Assembly: GCA_026770705.1 (NCBI GenBank)
Contig: JANJGN010000035.1
Span: 8,308,001-8,372,000, forward strand
DNA: 64,000 nucleotides
From: Isurus oxyrinchus
Lineage: Eukaryota
Reading direction: 5' to 3'
Part shown: positions 1 through 12,477 of the stretch, in pieces
Position numbering within the stretch: the stretch's first letter is position 1
Layout: every line of letters starts with the position of its first letter
Position numbers and translations under genes: made by a program
Notes under the pieces: model-generated
What the model was told of the DNA's origin: nothing
What the model saw: the letters and a program-made list of their open reading frames with translations, nothing else
Database searches by the model: none

Positions 1-999
1 TGAATACTTAAATTAGTAAAGTAACCTACAATTCACAACCTAAGTATATAAAGTTTTTTTCCTGAAAACATAAATACGTGCTTAAAAGTGGCTGGTTTAT
101 TTGCAAATCTCTTTCATTTTAACTTAAAGCCGATGATATCAAATCTGTAATTCCTTTAAAAGTCATGCAGGTAAAATTTATTGTGCAGATATTGTACACT
201 TAAACACATGAATGACTTCGCAGAGAATGCATACTCAGAAAAAAAACCTTTCACGACATCAGAACTTTACTATCCTTACACCTAACTTACCCCCTTTGCT
301 GTTCAGCAACTTTCCTTTTGGTTTTCAAATCTAGAAGGTTCCAGTAATTATTATCAAAGAGTGGTTTATCTCCCCTTGATGTGTCCGATGTAGCTGGGTG
401 CAACATGCCTGGCCTTGTTTTTACTGTATTCCACAAGTTATGACCAGTTATCCTGCTGTCCTCTGGGACATCTAAACAACTGTACCCCCACGAAGGTTGC
501 AGTATTTTCGTAAAGATGTTCCTTCGCTTTATTCTCTCGCTTGCCTCGATTAGTATTAGCAGAAATGTTTTCTTCCCAGGACGGATTACACGTTCCTTTA
601 CTCTAGCTTTTTGGCTAAAATAAATGCCCTATCTTTACCTTACTTACTTAGATCTTTTACAACCTTCACATATCAACCTTTGAACAAAAGCAAATCCAAT
701 TAAAACTTCTCTTAGTTATTTATGTAAACTACTGATTGAAGTTCCTTTTGGCTAATTAATATGTCGAATCTAGTCTTTACTACTGGTTTAGCTCTTGCCG
801 TCACTCTGGATCATGCTCCAATTATCATAGTTGAAGCCAAAAAAAGCTAGTTTTCCAATATAGAAGAAATATGACAGTGGTATTAGTGGAAGATGAACAG
901 TCATACTTCTCAACAATTTCTCAACAACACTTTGCTAATTACTTCTTTACATTTTGCACTATATTATCATATTATAACTTGCAGGCATTCACTTGATAA

Positions 1000-3900
1000 T
1001 AGTGCCAAGGTGTTGGCAGCAACGGAATCAATTTTTCCCGAGGATTCACATGGCCAATCTTCGTTACAACTTTTGCTCATGCACCTGTAATTAGGTTACT
1101 TAGTCCAGCCGCAGGAATTATTGAAAGGTTAAGTGGTTTTATAGAATGCATCCCGTTTAAACAGTCTAACATTACAACAGTCATCCTGTGTTATGGTCAG
1201 TCTAAACAAATGTTTTTGATGAATTGTAATTAACATAATTATCAAGAAGTTGCAATGCCAGTACCAAACTCAATGTTTCCATTTCAATAGTGGAAAACTT
1301 TTGTTGATGAATTTTGAAATTATTTAAAGAACGATTGTACAGTTTCTTTAATGTTTGCCTCGTCTCCATGCAACAATACAGCACCAAAGCACACATCACT
1401 TCCATCAGTTGCCAATTTAAACTGATTGGCACATGTCAATGTTACTAAAACATGTGCTGCTGCTAAACATGTTCAATTTTTTGAGTGTATTTGGGAACAC
1501 GAATGACTATTTGCATTTTTGTTCTTTTTTTAAGAGCTCAGTTAATTTGGTAACCAAAATGCTTAAAATTGGCATGGTCTTCCAGTCTAAAACATTCATG
1601 CCAAGGAACTGTTTAGACTTCCCTTCTCTTTGAAGCCACCCGGCTATCGACTTCAATTTTACATCTCGGTTGGCCATCTGATCATGTTGAACAATTTAGC
1701 TCAAATATGTGAACTGTCCTTTCGCAAATTCTCTCCCAGCCAGGTGGCCACCAAATTAGCTTCTAGTAGACGATCGACTCGTTCTCCTAGCTTCCATAAG
1801 TATTCCTCCAATGTTTAGCTGAATATCATCAGAATGGTCAACATGCACATCACAGTGACTCAGTCCAATAATTAACTTATTCCCTAGGCACTAAAAGTTG
1901 GCTGGTGCACTTTTCATACCAAATGACATAACTTCAATTGATATAGCCCAGCTGGCATCGCAAAAACCGAAAACTATTTTGGTCTATCCAATGATAGTAC
2001 TAAATAATATCCTGTCAGGGTGACAGTTTTTGTGATAAAATTGTGATTGTTCTACGTTGTCTATGTAATCTTCAAAATGTGGAATGCGATAGGTATCCGT
2101 GTTTATCACTGGGATAATTTTCGATAATCTACAAACAGTCATATTGATCCTTCTTACTTTGGTGCCATCACAATGGTCGAAATGAAATTTCAACAACAAG
2201 GGTCAAATGTGTTGTTTTGAAGAATGAATTCAATTTCCTTCTCTAAGTGTGATAACTTCACTCAATTAAATCTATACCGGTCTTGCCTTGTCGACAACGA
2301 TTCACCTACATATACATCAAGTGTAGCTGCATTTGTTTCCCAGTGCTTATTCCTTACCATGGATTTGTGTGGTTTCAAGAGCAACTCCAAATCACTGCAT
2401 CATTTGTCTGGAAGGCAACTCAATATTACATTTAAAATTTTAAGCATCCCCAAATTATCAAAATTGATTAGAGGAAAGTCAATTTCAGAATCCTTCATTT
2501 CGGCCTCACCTCCTTATTTACCACCATTAAAACCTTATGTTGATCATCTTCGCTGTAAAATACATTTTTAACATAGATACATGACTGACGTTTTGCTTCA
2601 TTCTTCAATCTTGAGTCTTTATTAAATAGCTAACTTCACTAATCTTCTCAATCTTGTAAAGTCTTCTGAACCGTGCCTTTAATGGCTCGCCCAAAACTCG
2701 TAACGAAACTTACACCGCTTTCCATCACGGCAAAACTATGTGTTGTGTCTCTATTTTCGTCCTTGGCCTTCTTCACTTGCTGTGATAAATTGAAATGTTC
2801 CTTCGGTAACTCACAAGCCCAATTCAATCTCTTCCTGAACTTTGATAAAAAAAAAATCAAGATTGTGGTTTCTGAATAAACTGTTTACTATAACTGTTTT
2901 AATTTCGGTTCCTTACCTTTAAATCTATCAATTTCCTTGAGATAAAAACTTCAGCGTCATTCTCCTCCATTCTCTCTTCATGATCAATTTTTTCAAATAT
3001 ATTATCAGTTTCTTTCCACTGTCTTGCAGAATCCTACTTCTGTCTCAAATGGTGACATTGTAGTCGTGTTCCCACACAGTCTGGAAAATAAAAACAGGCT
3101 AATATTGCCGCAGGAATTCTGTGTATTGCCTTTCCACTGGCTGTTGAAATATGGGAGGTTTCACCAACATATATGACCCAGCTATATAATCTTCTAAGAA
3201 AAGTTGTCCCACTGCAATAGCTAAGTTGTCAGATGCTCCTCCAATCACTTCACCTGTTTTCAAGCATCTTTACAATTCACCTTACAAAAAGAAAATGTAT
3301 TGACTTTCCATGAATTCCTGTAATTTATACATTTCTCTGACAAATATCCTCTGGATAACAAATGTCGGTAACCCATAGATTAAGGATTGAATTGCTCCTT
3401 TATTAACATCTGTAAAGGAGGAACACAGATTAAATCTTGAAAGACGTCTGCAACCTTTCTTTCAGGAACCCTTTGAATAGACTGTGAATCCATTTTCAGA
3501 CTTTCAGCTATCACTTCGTCTTGCTTTTCTACTTGATCAAATTACACTAGATTTTCTTGCTCTTATCGTTTGAACTTAATTAAACATTTTATAGCACTTA
3601 GAAATTCACAAGTTTTCTCATTTCACCCCTAGTACATTGATGTTATATGGCCAAACTTATTACAATATTAACATTTAAGCTTTCTTGAAAACCGCTCAGC
3701 AACTTCCCCAATGGTCTGAGTCCAAATTTGCTCATAATCCTCAGCTGTTCCTTCTCTTCCTTGTCAACCACCTTCTACTGAACTTTCCATGTCCGATCCT
3801 TCTCAGATATAAACGGGTATAAAAAATTAGATTTTGGCTGTTCGATCTGCTATCTCCAATGCTTGCTCCAATGCTATCTCCAGTGCTTTAAAATTTTGTT

Positions 3901-4075
3901 CCAGAACATGGCTTCTTACTAGTGTAGGAGATAAAACCTTTTTCCTTCAAAATTATTGCTTCTCGACGGGCTGCATATGTGTAATGACACAACAGTTGGT
4001 AAAGGCTAACTTGCTTAAATTCTAATGAAAAACCCTCTGCAACTGGAATAACATGTTTACAATCGGCCTATTGGA
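1000..4075 (-). mobile_element. Decayed Gmr1-like Ty3/Gypsy LTR retrotransposon, internal region (gag-PR-[INT partly deleted]-RT-RNaseH)
   Basis: Minus-strand manual translation in order: gag TYAARREAIIL..LVRSHVLEQ (~3980-3890); zinc knuckle C*YCNKFGH (~3675-3645); protease-like KGAIQSLI (~3400-3378) and FPDCVGTR (~3088-3064); integrase C-terminus ACELPKEHF..Q and EPLKARF..YKIEKISEVSYLIKTQD*R..SHVSMLKMY (2860-2555); RT IPHFEDYID and VMSFGMKSAPANF (2100-1890); RNase H HQQKFSTIEMETLSLVLAL (ORF 1202-1432). Many stops and frameshifts. Confidence 0.9.
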
Positions 4076-4119
4076 CATGCAGCTCTGAATTCAGAAATTA
4101 AACCATCGAGCCTCAGAAC

Positions 4120-4780
4120 GTTTTTTTTTTTAAATTTAGAATAATTTAAGCATTTATAAATTTAAGAATAAATTAAAAACAGATACATGTCTAAAATATT
4201 GCTATCATAATAACTTATAAACAAACCTCCATATTAATCACTCCCAGGTAATTTTAACGAAGGCAACAGTAATCCATAGGCTTTAAACCGACAGAAGGCA
4301 AATCACAGTGGATCATGCGAATTCAAACTGAGGTCCCTTGTAACTTGGATGGATACAGACACAGTTGTGGGGCTTACAGGCTGCTTAGATCTCACAAGCC
4401 TCTGCCTTACACATGCAAAGCGCCCTCCTGTTTAAACCTCTCCTTCCCTTTCAATGAAAGTTATCATTGCAACACGATTCCTTTGAAGTCCACCTTTTTA
4501 ACAATTAAGCTTATTTCATAGAATCAATTTAGCAGTAAGATAAACACATTGCATGCCCCCTGCTTGCTAGGGTAAGATCTTACATTTGAATGGTTTATTC
4601 AATAAATGCAAAATGTTCCTTTTATTTTCTAACTTTACGCTTAACCAATTAAAATCTCAAACTACTATACATCAAAGCATGGAGACTAGCTGGCTTAAAT
4701 CCATTAAGCAACACACAGACACGTAGGCACATCCATAGACACAGACGCTACTACAGTTAACTACTGACTTGATGAAGCTA
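4120..4780 (-). repeat. Putative 5' LTR of the Gmr1-like element
   Basis: Non-coding AT-rich block directly upstream of gag on the minus strand. Between it and gag is TGAGGCTCG (~4115-4107, minus), a possible decayed primer-binding site. I could not match it to a 3' LTR by eye. Confidence 0.4.
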
Positions 4781-4784
4781 CAAA

Positions 4785-6666
4785 AGACAACTGTTTGCTT
4801 GCAGAACAGTATAAGCAGCAAGTGATAGACAGAGCTAAGCTCTCTGACAAGAAGCGGAGCAGATCTAAAATCTGCAGTCCTGCCTCATCCAATTTTGAAT
4901 TGCGCTGGATAATTAAACATTACTTTGGTAGAGGAGGATCTGCAACTATCCCCATTCTCAATGAAGAAGGAGCACAGCACAGCAGTGGGAAAGATAAAGC
5001 TGAATTATAGGAAAAAAAATCTTCAGCCAGAAGTGCAGAGTGGATGCGCCAAATCGGCCTGCTCAGGAGGTCCCAAGCATCAGACATGCCTGTCTTTAGC
5101 CAATTCAGTTCACTCCACGTGATATCAAGAAACGGCTGAAGTCAGTTGATGATCCAAAGCCCATGCACACTGTCAATAATCCGAAATTAGTGCTCAAGAA
5201 ATGTGCTCCATGACTTTCTGGACCCCTAATCAAGCTTTTCCAGTGCCTCTATAAGCTTGTAACTACCCAACTATGTGGAAATTTGCCCATTTTTGTCCTA
5301 TGACAAAAAAAGCGGACAAATCCAACCCGATCAATTACCACCCCATCAGTCTATTCTCGATCATCAATAAAGTATTGGCAGCGTTAATCAACAGCGCTAC
5401 CAAGAGGCACTTTCTTGACGATAATCTGCACAGTGATGCGGAGTTCAGGTTCTGCCAGGGCCACTAAGCTCCTGATTTAAACATGGACAAAAGAGCGGAC
5501 CTCCCAAGGGGAGAATCGAGTGACTCTCCCTGATATAATACCAACATTTGACCGAGGGTGGCATCAAAGATCCCGAGTAAAATAGGACACAATGGGAATC
5601 AGGGTAAAAGTTCCCTGCTCGTTGGATTCATACCTAGCACAAGGGAAGATGGTTGTGGTCTTTGGAATTCTATCACCTCAGCTCCAGGACTTCACTGCAG
5701 GAGTACATTAGGGTAGTGCCTTAGGGCCAACCAACTTCAGCTGCTTCATCAATGATCTTCCCAGCTGTGGGCTTATTCAGTAATCACGGCACAGTGTTCA
5801 GCACCATTCGAAACTCCTCAGATATTGAAGAGGTCCATGTCCAAATGCAGCTAGTTCGCGACAATATCTGGATTTGTGCTGACAGGTGGCAAATAAGGTT
5901 CGCACCACGCAAGGGTCATGTAATCACAACCTGCAACAAGACAGAACACAACCAAAGCACCGTTTGATGTTCAATTGCACGACCATAACTGAATTCTCCA
6001 CTAGCAAATGTCTGAGTGGTTACTATTGAACTGAAACTGAACTGGACCTGCCATGTAAATACTTTGGCTGCAAGAACAAGTCAGAAGCTAGGAAATGTGT
6101 TACCAACAGCTCACCTCCTGAATTCTCAAATCCTATTCATCATCTGCAAGGCACACATCCAGAATCTGATTCAATACTTCCCGCTTGTCTGGATGAGTGA
6201 AGCTTCTACAACAATGAAGAAACTGGTCATCGTCCAGGACAAAGCATTCAGGTTGATTGTCCCCTGATCCACAAGCATCCTATCCCTCCACCAGCGACGT
6301 ACCTTACAAGCAGTGTGCAACATCCACAAGATGCACTGCAGGACTGCACCCATGTGCCTTTGAAAGCACTTTCCAAACCCAGGATCATTACAACCTTGAA
6401 GGACAAAGGGCAGAAGTTAAATGGTAAATCCACCACGTGGAATTTCCCTTGAATACACTCAACTTCCTGACATGGAAATATATCATGTTTTGTTTTCTGT
6501 CGCTGGTTCAAAATCCTACAACTCCAAACGTAACAGCAATGTATCTTGTACCTATACCACATGGACTACAACGCTCAAGGAGATAGCTCACCACCACCTT
6601 CTCAAGGACAACTAGTGATAGGCAATAAATGCTGTCACAGCCAGCAAAGCCCACATCGGGTGAATG

Positions 6667-6670
<4 letters not shown>
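4785..6670 (+). mobile_element. 5'-truncated CR1/L2-clade LINE (family A), decayed ORF2 RT and 3' tail
   Basis: WKFAHFCPMTKKADKSNPINYHPISLFSIINKV (ORF 5273); AGVH*GSALGPTNFSCFINDL at ~5697-5760; 3' tail GGCAATAAATGCTG..AGCCAGC..GCCCACATC..TGAATGAAT ending ~6670. Confidence 0.9.

Positions 6671-6698
<28 letters not shown>
6671..6698. repeat. (AT)n microsatellite at the LINE 3' end
   Basis: Direct read of the sequence. Confidence 0.95.
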
Positions 6699-6699
6699 T

Positions 6700-7400
6700 T
6701 CCAGGAATATTATACACTTAAATCACTGCATGACAATAGGTTCCCTCTATGTTAATGTAATTAAACACCTGCCATACTATTTTGTTTGACTCTTTCAAAC
6801 TTAATATAAGTCTGTCCAGGCCAATTTCATATATTCGTATGCATTAGGAACCACTTCATATGCACTCAAAATCGCCTGTTTAACTGCCTCACAGTGGATA
6901 GATATCTTTTCTGCTAGTGAAGCATCTACCTCAAGAACTCCTCCTACAATTCTAGACTGTAAACGCAAGGCCCATATTTATTGTCGCCATTGAATCTGCT
7001 TTGATATATTCTCAAACATTTTTTTTAAATGCACCTCTGCATTCATTTCCTCAAACGTCGGCACAACCTACACATTTTAAAAATTCTCCCCACGAGTTTT
7101 CATATTCAGCAGTTATTTTGTTCTCAGAAGCTCCCTCAATTTTATAGATTCACTGCTACCCTCATCTTCTGGTGTCTCTTTTGAAACTGTCAATTTACAC
7201 ACCCTTGAAAGTTTATAGCTGCAAATTATGGAATTTATGAACCTCCTGAGAAAAGTACTCTAACATGTCTAGTCCGATTAGACACAGTGATATTGCCGAT
7301 ATGGCTGCTGAGTTTAATGATTCAGAGCCTTGAAACACTAAATAGTGTGTAATAGGCAAAATATGAAATTCTGGGATAAAATGCGGATCGGAGAAATGCA
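6700..7400 (-). mobile_element. Second Gmr1-like gag fragment (capsid/SCAN-related region)
   Basis: Minus translation VPTFEE..FENISKQIQW..IWALRLQSRIVG..AVKQAILSAYEVVPNAY..PGQTYIKFERVKQ matches the fish Gmr1 gag pattern (FE.IA..L.WP..W.LLLQ..L.G..VK.A.L.AYELVPEAY). Confidence 0.85.
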
Positions 7401-8238
7401 TTACTTAAAATGTGTTCTGCTTCAGCCCGGCTGTCGTAAATGATATGCAATTCAGTAAACATGCAGGACAACATTGTTACTATGTGGATCCTTTCGTTTT
7501 CCCGATGGTGGCAGAATTTTGCTTCCGGTCATCACTCTTAGGTGTCTTTTTCTTTAGCTAAGAAGCCATCTCCATCTGGAGAAGAAATGTCCAAGTTTTC
7601 ATCTAGGAGACTCAGAAAGAATGACGGAACGTTGAGTTACCCTGTAAGTTCTAAGAAATTAGACAGTGAAAGCAGCATCCCCAATAATATTAGTGAAGCT
7701 TCACCCAAACCACCAGACTAAATAAACAAGCGCATTGCAGAAGGAATCTTTAAAGAACGCATCACTTTTTTACAATAACCTGAGTTCCTCCCAAAAATAA
7801 AAAATCGAAAAACTCCTGCCCGAAATGAAAGGGGTGTAAAGGCTGCTGGGGACGCAGCAAATGCAACATTGGAAAACAGGATAAAATATATTAGCTGAAT
7901 CACGTGGACCCCATTTAATGTTTAATAATATGTGAACACCTTGTATAATAATATGTTCAGAATAATTCAGAACGATAAACTTCTAAAGAGTTTTCTGTTG
8001 ACATAGCAAAGTCATTTGGGATCAAATGTATTTATGAGTGCCAAATTATTTGAAAGTTTGTCCTATTTAAACACACCTGTCAAACTGAAAGCTCCATTCA
8101 ATAACTATGGAAGAAAAAATTCGGTATTATATAGTGCTTTGAATGTTTTTTTTAAACTCACCCAATGTACCATTGTGTAAATATTATTAATTGTTTAATG
8201 ATTTTGATGACGAAATTCGTAATTAAAATTGATTGGAG

Positions 8239-9955
8239 ATATTCAGGAGAAATATGACCAAGATCTAAAACAACAATGTGTGATGCTGAAGTTGAAAATT
8301 GGGGCACTGCCAAATATTCGCTCTGTTAATTATAAATGCACAACCTAATTAATTGTTACGCAGCGTCCAATACATTTTGTTGCAACAAACGAACTTTCTG
8401 CAATAAGTAGAAAGCCCAACATTTCAGAAACGTAGAGTTCAAGCAACCGCTTTGGGGCAGTTAAAATTGATGAATTATTCAGAAGCATTTGCAACAAAAA
8501 AAAAGCTCAGGAACCTTAGCAGTTACAGGTTATGCCGGAATTGGTAAAACCTTAATGGTGAAGGACATTGCCCTTGAATGGGAAGCAGGAAAAGCATGTG
8601 AAAAAAGGAACTTTGTGTTTCTTTTCAAATTGTGTGACCTGAGTGTCGTAAAAGAGAAGAGAAGACTGACGTAGCGGCTGCCACATTCATATAGTCATTT
8701 AGAGAATAACCTTGCGTGTGTTTGGAAAGACCCCGAGTGAATATTATTTTCATTGGATGGCTTAAATGAATTTCACAAGAATATGGACTTTTGTGACCAC
8801 TGGAGGAAGGGGTACGCTGAAAATCAGTTTTTGGGTCCTTAGTGGCAGGTCTATGTGTCTGATATTCCACGGACACTTGTGCAGGGGAAATTGCTGAAGG
8901 GTTCTACAGTATTGATCACGAGCGGACTGGCTGCCCTAGAGTCACTGAATGAATATTATTTCAATGTTTCCGCTGAAGTTCTGGGATTGCTACCTGAAGA
9001 AATAAAGATATATTGTCGGAGCCTTTGCAGAGACATTATACCGCCGGACACCCTTTTCAAATACATTGTAAAGAACGATGACCTCAACAACCTGTGTTAT
9101 ATTCCCTTGTAATCCTATATCAGCTGTTCCAAAATGTCCTCTGCTGTGATGGAAGGACGTGGACGTGAAAACTAATATCCCGAAAGTATCACCGAGCTGT
9201 TTTGCTATTTTGCGACCAGGAAGCCACAAAAAAAGGCTGTTCTTTCCGAAAGCTGGCAAGAGCTTTTACTCAAGCTAGGCCAGATGGGCGATGAGGGAAT
9301 GTGGAATGGCAGCGGGATATTTTATGATGAGGATTTCCACTGTCACAAATTGTAACCTTCACTGCTCGTGTCCCGAGTCATTTCATCAATTCTGCGCGAA
9401 GATAATTCAGCCAAGGATGGGAAGGTTTTGTTTTTTACCAAGAGTTTCTCGCCTCTCTCTCACCAGTCCTGCATTCCAGTGCAGTGGAATTGAAACGTGG
9501 CATAAAAGAAGCAACCAGCAAGCGGGGTGTCCATTTTGAAATGTTCCTCCAGTTTCTGTTTGGCTTTACCACCCCATCTTCAATTCGACACCTGGAGAAT
9601 TGTTTCTATCTAATGCACAGCTCAATATATGACCACGTGATTTACTGTCTTATGGAAGAATTTGAACTATTTACTGAAAAAGTTGGCGGCATCGAAAAGA
9701 ATTTAACATTTATGTCCAGATTATATACAATCTATTAATCCAGAAAGGTACAAGCAATTGAATGTCTGCTTGCTTCTACAAAAAACATGAGATTTTTCTG
9801 GTTTAGAATTTTTCTGGTGGATTGCATGGTACTGGCAACAGCCCTGAAGTCGTGTGACATTTTAGAAGAAATTGGTTTGTCTCAGTGCTCAATAAAAAAC
9901 AGAGGAATCCAGATGTTGACAGGGGTACTAAACAAACGCAAAATCGTAATACTTT
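8239..9955 (+). pseudogene. NLR (NLRC3/NLRP-like) pseudogene: NACHT exon running into the first LRR
   Basis: AG|DIQEKY start at 8239; Walker A GYAGIGKT (8528-8551); FVFLFKLCDL; Walker B ILFSLDGLNEF (~8741-8773); VSDI..LVQGKLLKGSTVLITS; LCYIP; FEMFLQFLFG; first LRR-like VDCMVLATALKSCDILEEIGLSQCSI..GIQML (~9812-9920). In-frame stops at ~8672, 8738, 8840 and 9110, and a frameshift in the A-run at ~8500. Confidence 0.9.
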
Positions 9956-10229
9956 TATATTAAAATTCTGAATAATTTTTGGCAATCATACGGAAAGTTC
10001 CGAAATGATTTTCAACATCATGACGGATGGGAAAGAGGAAAGGTTTTATTTGTATAGCTCCATTGGAACACCGAGTATATTGAGCATTAATGATTAGATT
10101 AGCGATAAAGGAATATAAGGCTCGAACTGCATAACTTCAGTTTACCGAGCACTGGAGTGCTTAGTTTCTGCGAGGAATGTAAAGCATTCACTTTCATTGG
10201 ACGAATGTGAGGAGGTTACAGACTGATAA

Positions 10230-11530
10230 ATAGCATGGATCTGTTAGCTTTTACCCTAGAGTCTTACAAAAATGGTTGCAAAGTTACCAGATGGTTTTGT
10301 CGCATTGTTCAAAAAATCCCATGATGCTGATATGATCGCTGATGTTTCGTGAACTTAAAAGGTGGCACGGCTGTCCAGGGCATGAAGGTACTGGATAGTG
10401 GAATAATGTAGGCCACTTAGACTAACATCTGCCATTACGGAGCATGCTAGAATGCATTATTAAGGAATTAGTTTGGAAATATGTAAAGGGGGAACGTATT
10501 TGACTTATTTATTGGGGGTCTTTTAGGATGGAACCAATAGAGCGAATAAATGACAAACAGTAGATGGAGTAAAATAATGTTTCCAAATCATGTTAGATTA
10601 GGTGCTATGTGAAATATCCCTGCAGAGAATAAGGCCTCTTAGCGGTGCAGATAAGGTATTACCAGCGATTAAATGTTTGCCACTAGGAAGCAAAGGGCCG
10701 AGGAAAGTGAGTCATTTTCAAATCAACAAACTCACACAAGTGCAGTATCACACATAGCAGGGTGCTGGCCTCAATTGCTGACAACATGCATTGCTTTGAT
10801 GAAAGGGCAATGTGTATTTACCGAAATTTGCAGTCAATGCATGGAAACGTAGGGAAGCAAGTAAGGAGGAGGGCAGAAATTTTCTGCAACGAGGTTAAGT
10901 AATTGCAGTACTGTCCAGGTAAAAATTGAATGCTATGAATTTCTCCACTTCGGTGGAACAGACTATAGCAGATTGGAGAGAGGGAAACCTCATAACATAA
11001 AGTATGGAGGAATAAGAGTGACCTTGTGCATGCACAGCATAATTAAATTCCGGTACAGCAAGTATTTAGGATTGAAAGGTAATGTTGGTGTTTATAACGA
11101 TGGGGAAGATCGTGCAACAACTGTCGAGGCTATTGTTGAGGACACACGTAGACTTCTATGTACAGATTTTGTAATCGTATTTTAGCAGGGACATGCATGA
11201 TTGTAGACATTGAAAAACAGGTTCATTAGTTTGGTTCTGTTACTACCTCTTCTGTTCCACGGAAATACTGAGCAATTTGGGTATGCATTAGTTGGACTTT
11301 AAAATTTTAAAGATGATTGCATAGATCCATATACGATTCGAAGTGATATTGACAGCGCAAATGCTAATCAGGAGTTTTCCTCGATTGGGAATCAGGAATG
11401 AGGAACAATTTGACCTTTTGGGTTTCTCTGGTATTTGTAATTCTATGCTGCAGAAAGGGGAATTGTGGGTTATCAAGTATATTCAATAATTAGTTCAACG
11501 GATGATTGACCTAAGAGTCAATGATTGTTG
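10230..11530 (+). mobile_element. Heavily decayed CR1 LINE (family B) ORF2 3' half
   Basis: Remnant of NYRPVSLTS..MLE.IIK at ~10405-10465, followed by RT/C-terminal and 3' UTR-like sequence similar to the other CR1 copies. Confidence 0.7.
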
Positions 11531-12477
11531 CGGCTAATGGAGATTATTTATTTCCCAGGCATATGGACATTGGAAAGGTGTCCACTTCCGTGATAGCCGC
11601 CCTGTCAGGTCTCTCACTGGCCAATCCGTTTGATTGTTCCAACTTCCTCATCCGAGTGTCAAGGTTGAAACAAGCAAATTTGCTGTTCAGAATAAAAGGA
11701 ACAATTGATAAGAAATGACTTGAATGGGATAAATGGGGCCAGAATGAGAGTTACTGTGCTGAAAAGGGGAGTGAAGGATTTACAGGGCATCTAACTCAGC
11801 ATGGTGTTGTGACAGTTCTACTGGCATTCAGGGGAGAACGAAAGACCCCGAAGATGATAAGAGAGCTTGAGAGAACAGAAAGCTGTTTGGGAGACTCAAA
11901 GAGGATGGGCAAGGAGCACAAAAATAGGAGCAAATTGGCGGGAGGCGGGGGTGGGGAGTTGGGTGGGGCGGGGTGGGGGAAGCGGGGGGGGCGTGTGGAT
12001 TGTGTGCCGGGGTGTGCTGAGGGACAGAAAGAAAAAGTGTGTAGAAAGTTCCTATTGGATATAGTGTGGGAAATGGAGAGACAGTTAGGAGCAGACTGAC
12101 CTGGACAGTTCTATGTTTGGACGTCGAGTTAATAATTGACAGACAAGTAAATGCATCGGCCAATTTGTCGGACAGGTGCTGCAGATGGGCATGCACATTT
12201 TTCCCTTAGTGTCTCTAAATTAGAGTGGGATTCTATGTCCGAGTTAAAGGGTGTTTACATGAACTGTGTTTGTAGTTTTCAGTATTGAAGCTAGATTTTT
12301 ATTCAATAATTCTTGAATCTGTAAAGGGAATATGTAGCACCTGGCTGCATGATGCAAAGTAATTTAACGCCACAGAAGAAGCTTTCTCTGATTCTGTGTG
12401 CTAAGTGCTATTTTAAATGAACTCTTTCCACATGTCACTTTGTTACGGCACAAGGAACTAACCACCTACACAATAGC

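Noticed and set aside
1-900. 3' LTR of the Gmr1 element
   Set aside because: Position fits, but I could not see similarity to 4120-4780 or terminal TG..CA boundaries.
11521-11718. SGLSLANPFDCS as an NLR LRR exon
   Set aside because: The equivalent VDC motif is already present at ~9812 in the NACHT exon, and no LxxLxL periodicity follows.
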